A stretch of 64,000 bases of DNA. It comes from Desulfosudaceae bacterium. Lineage in GTDB: Bacteria > Desulfobacterota > Desulfobacteria > Desulfobacterales > Desulfosudaceae. Position 1 is the first letter of the stretch. Every line of letters begins with the position of its first letter. This document shows, one piece after another, positions 59,724 to 64,000 of the stretch. Made by a program: the position numbers and the translations under genes. The DNA lies in assembly GCA_963674745.2 (NCBI GenBank), contig CAXXDV010000001.1, positions 192,001-256,000 on the forward strand, read 5' to 3'. Below the pieces are notes generated by a model. That model was not told where the DNA came from, did no database searches, and worked only from the letters and a program-made list of their open reading frames with translations.

Positions 59724-60377
59724 TTATCCTTTGTTCTTATGTTCTTTTTTCAAAACCTCGCCCTTGAACAGAAACACCTTAACCCCTATGGTGCCATAGG
59801 TGGTTCTGGCTTCCACAAACCCGTAATCCACATCGGCTCTCAATGTATGAAGGGGGACACGGCCTTCTTTATACCATTCGGTTCGGGCCATTTCGGCACC
59901 GCCCAGACGTCCGGAACAGATAATTTTAATCCCCTGGGCGCCGAACTTCATCGAGGCGGTCACCCCTCTTTTCATGGCACGCCTGAAGGCCACCCGTCGT
60001 TCAAGCTGACTGGCGACATTTTCGGCAACCAGTTGCGCAACGATTTCCGGTTTCTTCACTTCCTGGATATCAATGCTGAGGTCTTTTCCGGGAACGATCT
60101 TTTTAATGATCTCATTTTTGAGCTGCTCGATCTCGAAACCTTTTTTTCCGATCACGATACCCGGCCGGGCGGCAAAAATCCGAAGTCGAATACGGTTAAA
60201 GGAACGCTCAATTTCAACTTTTTCAATACCGGCATGTTTTAATTTTGCTTTAATAAACTCCCGCAACCTGAAGTCTTCGAGAATAAAATCAGCGTACTCT
60301 TTATCCGCATACCACTGCGAGTCCCAAGTTCGGATAATACCCAATCTTAACCCGAGTGGATTTACTTTCTGACCCAA
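59724..60377 (-). CDS. rpsC: 30S ribosomal protein S3
   Basis: [24 protein letters not shown]. Confidence 0.98.
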   Translation of the reverse strand: MGQKVNPLGLRLGIIRTWDSQWYADKEYADFILEDFRLREFIKAKLKHAGIEKVEIERSFNRIRLRIFAARPGIVIGKKGFEIEQLKNEIIKKIVPGKDLSIDIQEVKKPEIVAQLVAENVASQLERRVAFRRAMKRGVTASMKFGAQGIKIICSGRLGGAEMARTEWYKEGRVPLHTLRADVDYGFVEARTTYGTIGVKVFLFKGEVLKKEHKNKG

Positions 60378-60393
60378 AGTACGTTCTCCTTTC

Positions 60394-60735
60394 TTATGAA
60401 ACCGATTCTTCGGACAAAATTACCGTGATATGACTTGTCCGCTTCAATATTTTTGACGCTCTGCCGCGGGCGCGAGGTCTGAACCGCTTGAGCGATGGCC
60501 CCTGGTCAACACAGATATTAGCGATTATTAGGGAATCCACATCCATATTTTTTTCTTCCGCACTGGCAACAGCCGATCGGACCGTTTTTTCGATAAACCC
60601 GGCCGCTTTCTGCGGCATGAACTTAAGACTGTCAAGCCCTGCCTGAACCGGTTTGCCTTTAACAGTGTGGATCAGCCGGCGAACTTTCTGCGGCGACGTC
60701 CGTAAATATTTCGATACCGCCCTTACTTCCTCCAT
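60394..60735 (-). CDS. rplV: 50S ribosomal protein L22
   Basis: [11 protein letters not shown]. Confidence 0.97.
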   Translation of the reverse strand: MEEVRAVSKYLRTSPQKVRRLIHTVKGKPVQAGLDSLKFMPQKAAGFIEKTVRSAVASAEEKNMDVDSLIIANICVDQGPSLKRFRPRARGRASKILKRTSHITVILSEESVS

Positions 60736-60787
60736 GTCACGTATCCCTTAATTTCTCTTTTCTATATATTGCTTTGTATCGATCTGC

Positions 60788-61066
60788 CTATTTTACTTTT
60801 GATTTCTTGGAGCCGGCATGCCCGTAAAACGTCCGGGTCGGGGAGAACTCGCCCAGTTTATGCCCCACCATGTTCTCCGTAACAAAAACCGGTACAAACT
60901 TTTTTCCGTTATGAACGGCAAAGGTCAGGCCGACCATTTCCGGTATGATCGTTGATCGCCTGGACCAGGTTTTAATGACATGGCTGCTTTTGGTGCTCCT
61001 TGCGACATTTATTTTTTTCTCAAGGCCGGCGTCAATAAATGGCCCTTTTTTTAAAGACCGTGGCAT
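60788..61066 (-). CDS. rpsS: 30S ribosomal protein S19
   Basis: [21 protein letters not shown]. Confidence 0.98.
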   Translation of the reverse strand: MPRSLKKGPFIDAGLEKKINVARSTKSSHVIKTWSRRSTIIPEMVGLTFAVHNGKKFVPVFVTENMVGHKLGEFSPTRTFYGHAGSKKSKVK

Positions 61067-61084
61067 AAAATAAGTCTCCCCGTA

Positions 61085-61912
61085 TTATTTCTTTCGTCTG
61101 TTGACGATGTATTGATCCGTTCGTTTGTTTTTCCTTGTGCGGACACCTTTGGTCTTCCATCCCCAGGGTGAGCAGGGATGACGGCCGCCTGATGATCGCC
61201 CTTCACCACCGCCCATGGGATGATCGACCGGGTTCATCACAACACCGCGGACAGTGGGGCGTACCCCCAGCCAGCGGCTGCGTCCGGCCTTACCCAGTGA
61301 GACGTCATCATGATCGACATTGCCGACCCGACCGACAGTCGCCATACAACGGGCCAGGATTTTCCTCATTTCTCCGGAAGGCAGCCTGACAAGCGCGTAT
61401 TTTTTCTCTTTGGCCATCAATTTGGCATAAGCGCCGGCACTTCGGACAATCTGGCCGCCCTTGCCGAGCCTCAATTCAATATTATGAATTTCCGTACCCA
61501 GCGGCATACTTTCAATGGTCTTGGCATTCCCGGGTTTGAGTTCGGCTTCCGGACCGCTCATGACCGTATCCCCGACATTCAGGTTTACCGGGGCCAGAAT
61601 ATAACGTTTTTCACCATCCGCGTAAGAAAGCAGAGCGATCCTGGCCGACCGGTTGGGATCATATTCTATATCCGTCACTTTGGCCGGTATGTTAATTTTA
61701 TCGCGTTTGAAATCGATCACCCGATAATGCCGTTTATGACCGCCGCCCTTGTGCCTGCAGGTGATACGCCCGTTGGCATTTCGACCGCCGGTCTTTTTCA
61801 AAGGTTTTATCAACCCCTTGACGGAAGGCTTTTTAGCCGTAATCTCCTCAAAAGTTGAATATTCCTGGAATCTCCTTCCGGGAGATGTTGCTTTTACTTT
61901 TCGAATACCCAT
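61085..61912 (-). CDS. rplB: 50S ribosomal protein L2
   Basis: [21 protein letters not shown]. Confidence 0.98.
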   Translation of the reverse strand: MGIRKVKATSPGRRFQEYSTFEEITAKKPSVKGLIKPLKKTGGRNANGRITCRHKGGGHKRHYRVIDFKRDKINIPAKVTDIEYDPNRSARIALLSYADGEKRYILAPVNLNVGDTVMSGPEAELKPGNAKTIESMPLGTEIHNIELRLGKGGQIVRSAGAYAKLMAKEKKYALVRLPSGEMRKILARCMATVGRVGNVDHDDVSLGKAGRSRWLGVRPTVRGVVMNPVDHPMGGGEGRSSGGRHPCSPWGWKTKGVRTRKNKRTDQYIVNRRKK

Positions 61913-61927
61913 TTATGCTCCTCCGGA

Positions 61928-62215
61928 TCAGACACCGTCAAAAAAATCGATTCGTTCACCGGGCATTAACGTGACGATGGCTTTTTTCCAGTCCCGCCGT
62001 TTTCCAATGTGTCTGCCCATCCGCTTTTTCTTGCCCTTGACCTGCATGGTGCGAACAGTCGCCACCCTGGTTTTGAATATCTGTTCCACCGCTCTGGCGA
62101 TTTCAACCCGGTTCGCACGCCGATCCACTTCGAACGTTATCTGATTGGCCTCCTCCTGCTGAATATTGGTTTTTTCCGTATTCAGCGGCCGTTTGATCAA
62201 TTCGTATGCCAACAT
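61928..62215 (-). CDS. rplW: 50S ribosomal protein L23
   Basis: WKKAIVTL; start at ATG 62215. Confidence 0.96.
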   Translation of the reverse strand: MLAYELIKRPLNTEKTNIQQEEANQITFEVDRRANRVEIARAVEQIFKTRVATVRTMQVKGKKKRMGRHIGKRRDWKKAIVTLMPGERIDFFDGV

Positions 62216-62216
62216 T

Positions 62217-62837
62217 TTAAGAAAGTCTCCCTTCAATAGCCGCCAGGGCCGATTCCTGAACAACAAGATGCTCATATTTCAGGATGTCATAAACATTCAG
62301 CCCTTCATACCTGAGCACCTTTACACCGGGGATGTTTCTCGATGACAGTTCGAGGGTTTCGTTTTGTTCTTCGGTTACAAACAGCACGCTTTTCTGTCCC
62401 AGTGCCTTGAGCATGTCAACAACGGCTTTGGTCTTTATCTGATCCATTTTCAGGTTGTCGACCACTGTGACGGCGTTGTCCTGCAGTTTGCTGGCCAGTG
62501 CCATTTTCAAGGCGGCTTTTCTTATCTTCTTGGGCACCGTATACGCGTATCGTCGGCCGTTCGGACCGAAGGTTACACCGCCGCCCTTGAGTAACGGCGA
62601 CCGGATATCACCGCGTCTGGCCCGGCCTGTACCTTTCTGCCTGTACAGCTTGACGGTGCTTCCCACAACATCGGATCGGGACTTGGCAGAAGCCGTCCCG
62701 GATCGCCTGTTCGCCAGCTGCATGGTTACCACCTCGTGCAGAACACTCTTTTTGACCTCAACATCAAAAATGCTATCCGGAAGTTCTGCCTTTGAAACAG
62801 TTTCCCCGTTCATATTTTTAACTTCTGTCGCAGCCAT
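62217..62837 (-). CDS. rplD: 50S ribosomal protein L4
   Basis: [17 protein letters not shown]. Confidence 0.97.
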   Translation of the reverse strand: MAATEVKNMNGETVSKAELPDSIFDVEVKKSVLHEVVTMQLANRRSGTASAKSRSDVVGSTVKLYRQKGTGRARRGDIRSPLLKGGGVTFGPNGRRYAYTVPKKIRKAALKMALASKLQDNAVTVVDNLKMDQIKTKAVVDMLKALGQKSVLFVTEEQNETLELSSRNIPGVKVLRYEGLNVYDILKYEHLVVQESALAAIEGRLS

Positions 62838-62890
62838 ATTCTTTTTCACCTAATCATCATTCCGCGCCGGCAGCCGATCACGTCCGCCCG

Positions 62891-63511
62891 TTACGCTTTG
62901 CTGATTTGAACCAGCCCGTTTTTACAACCCGGCACAGCCCCTTTTAACAGAATCAGGTTTTCGTCTTCCCTGATATCAAATATCTCCAGATTTTTCATCG
63001 TCTTACGGACATGGCCATAGCGCCCGGGCATTTTCTTGCCACGAATAACCTTGCTCGGCCAGGCACTGCATCCGATCGACCCCGGCAACCGATGGCAATG
63101 ACCGCCATGTGTTTTCCGTCCGCCGGCGAATCCATGCCTTTTGACAACCCCGGCAAAGCCCCGACCTTTGGACATACCGACCACATTCACTTTATCTCCG
63201 ACGGAAAACAGGCCCGGCGAAACGACCTGGCCGAGGCTGAATTCTCCGATGTCCTCCACCGCAACTTCTCTCAGAAAACGAAATCCCGTAGACCCGCTCT
63301 TGCTGAAATGCCCGGCCATGGGTTTATTCGTCTTGTTGGCCTTTTTCTCCACGAAACCCAGTTGAAGCGCATCATAACCGTCTGTCGCGACCGTTTTGAT
63401 CTGCGTGATCACACACGGACCAGCCTCTACTACCGTAACAGGGACATATCGACCATCGTTTGAAAACATGCCGGTCATTCCCAGTTTTCGTCCTAAAATC
63501 CCTTTGCACAT
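62891..63511 (-). CDS. rplC: 50S ribosomal protein L3
   Basis: KLGMT, SKGRGFAG, KGAVPG. Confidence 0.97.
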   Translation of the reverse strand: MCKGILGRKLGMTGMFSNDGRYVPVTVVEAGPCVITQIKTVATDGYDALQLGFVEKKANKTNKPMAGHFSKSGSTGFRFLREVAVEDIGEFSLGQVVSPGLFSVGDKVNVVGMSKGRGFAGVVKRHGFAGGRKTHGGHCHRLPGSIGCSAWPSKVIRGKKMPGRYGHVRKTMKNLEIFDIREDENLILLKGAVPGCKNGLVQISKA

Positions 63512-63540
63512 AATCGCAATTCCCTCATCGCGCCATGACG

Positions 63541-63849
63541 CTATAATTTAATCGCCACATCCACACCAGGCGAAAGATCCAGTTTCATCAACGCGTCAAC
63601 CGTCTGCTGGGTCGGTTCCAGAATATCAAGCAGCCGTTTATGCGTCCGCATCTCAAACTGCTCTCGCGACTTCTTGTTCACGTGCGGTGAGCGTAAAACA
63701 CAATATTTGTTGATTCTGGTCGGAAGCGGAATCGGTCCCAAAACTTTCGCCCCGGTCTTCCGGGCGGTATCAACAATATCCAGAGCGGATTGATCCAGCA
63801 GCTTATGATCGTACGCCTTAAGTTTGATTCTGATTTTTGTATTCATCAT
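63541..63849 (-). CDS. rpsJ: 30S ribosomal protein S10
   Basis: [23 protein letters not shown]. Confidence 0.98.
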   Translation of the reverse strand: MMNTKIRIKLKAYDHKLLDQSALDIVDTARKTGAKVLGPIPLPTRINKYCVLRSPHVNKKSREQFEMRTHKRLLDILEPTQQTVDALMKLDLSPGVDVAIKL

Positions 63850-63890
63850 CTTCTTAAAAATTCCAAATCAGCCGTAACGCTGTGGCGAGG

Positions 63891-64000
63891 TTATTCAATA
63901 ATTTCGCTGACGACACCGGCGCCGACCGTACGGCCGCCTTCACGGACCGCGAACCGAAGCTCTTTTTCCATGGCGATCGGTGTAATCAACTCTCCGGTTA
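63891..64000 (-). CDS. tuf: Elongation factor Tu, C-terminal fragment at the window edge
   Basis: [32 protein letters not shown]. Confidence 0.97.
   Translation of the reverse strand, partial: TGELITPIAMEKELRFAVREGGRTVGAGVVSEIIE

Overview
Bacterial chromosome segment; ribosomal-protein and sugar-enzyme sequences suggest Desulfobacterota (Desulfobacterales-like), which is my inference. Positions 1-47004 form one co-oriented (minus-strand) surface-polysaccharide super-locus. It holds glycosyltransferases, Wzx and a Wzy-like protein, a split Wzt/Wzm ABC exporter, the UDP-L-FucNAc genes (fnlABC), a VioA-type aminotransferase with two acetyltransferases, WbpB/D/E-like genes, a nonulosonic-acid module and several modifying enzymes. 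A decayed IS1380 sits inside it. Between about 19.8 and 47.5 kb the glycan genes are interleaved with accessory genes: three AAA_14-DUF4143 ATPase-nucleases, an AlbA_2/HATPase protein, HEPN-MNT, HicBA, an AbiEii-like pair, an orphan MNT and a four-helix-bundle protein. Most junctions there carry non-coding repeats: octamer runs (GTGDTTAD)n, a length-invariant 69-bp module that also forms a 1.2-kb 84/168-bp array, a second module family, CCTGC-NNN-GCAGG mini-hairpins, REP-like palindromes and a MITE inserted into a REP. This repeat-delimited cassette architecture is the most unusual feature; its function is unknown. Positions 48545-64000 are ordinary: a GAF-GGDEF gene, then the alpha, spc and S10 ribosomal operons and the 3' end of tuf.
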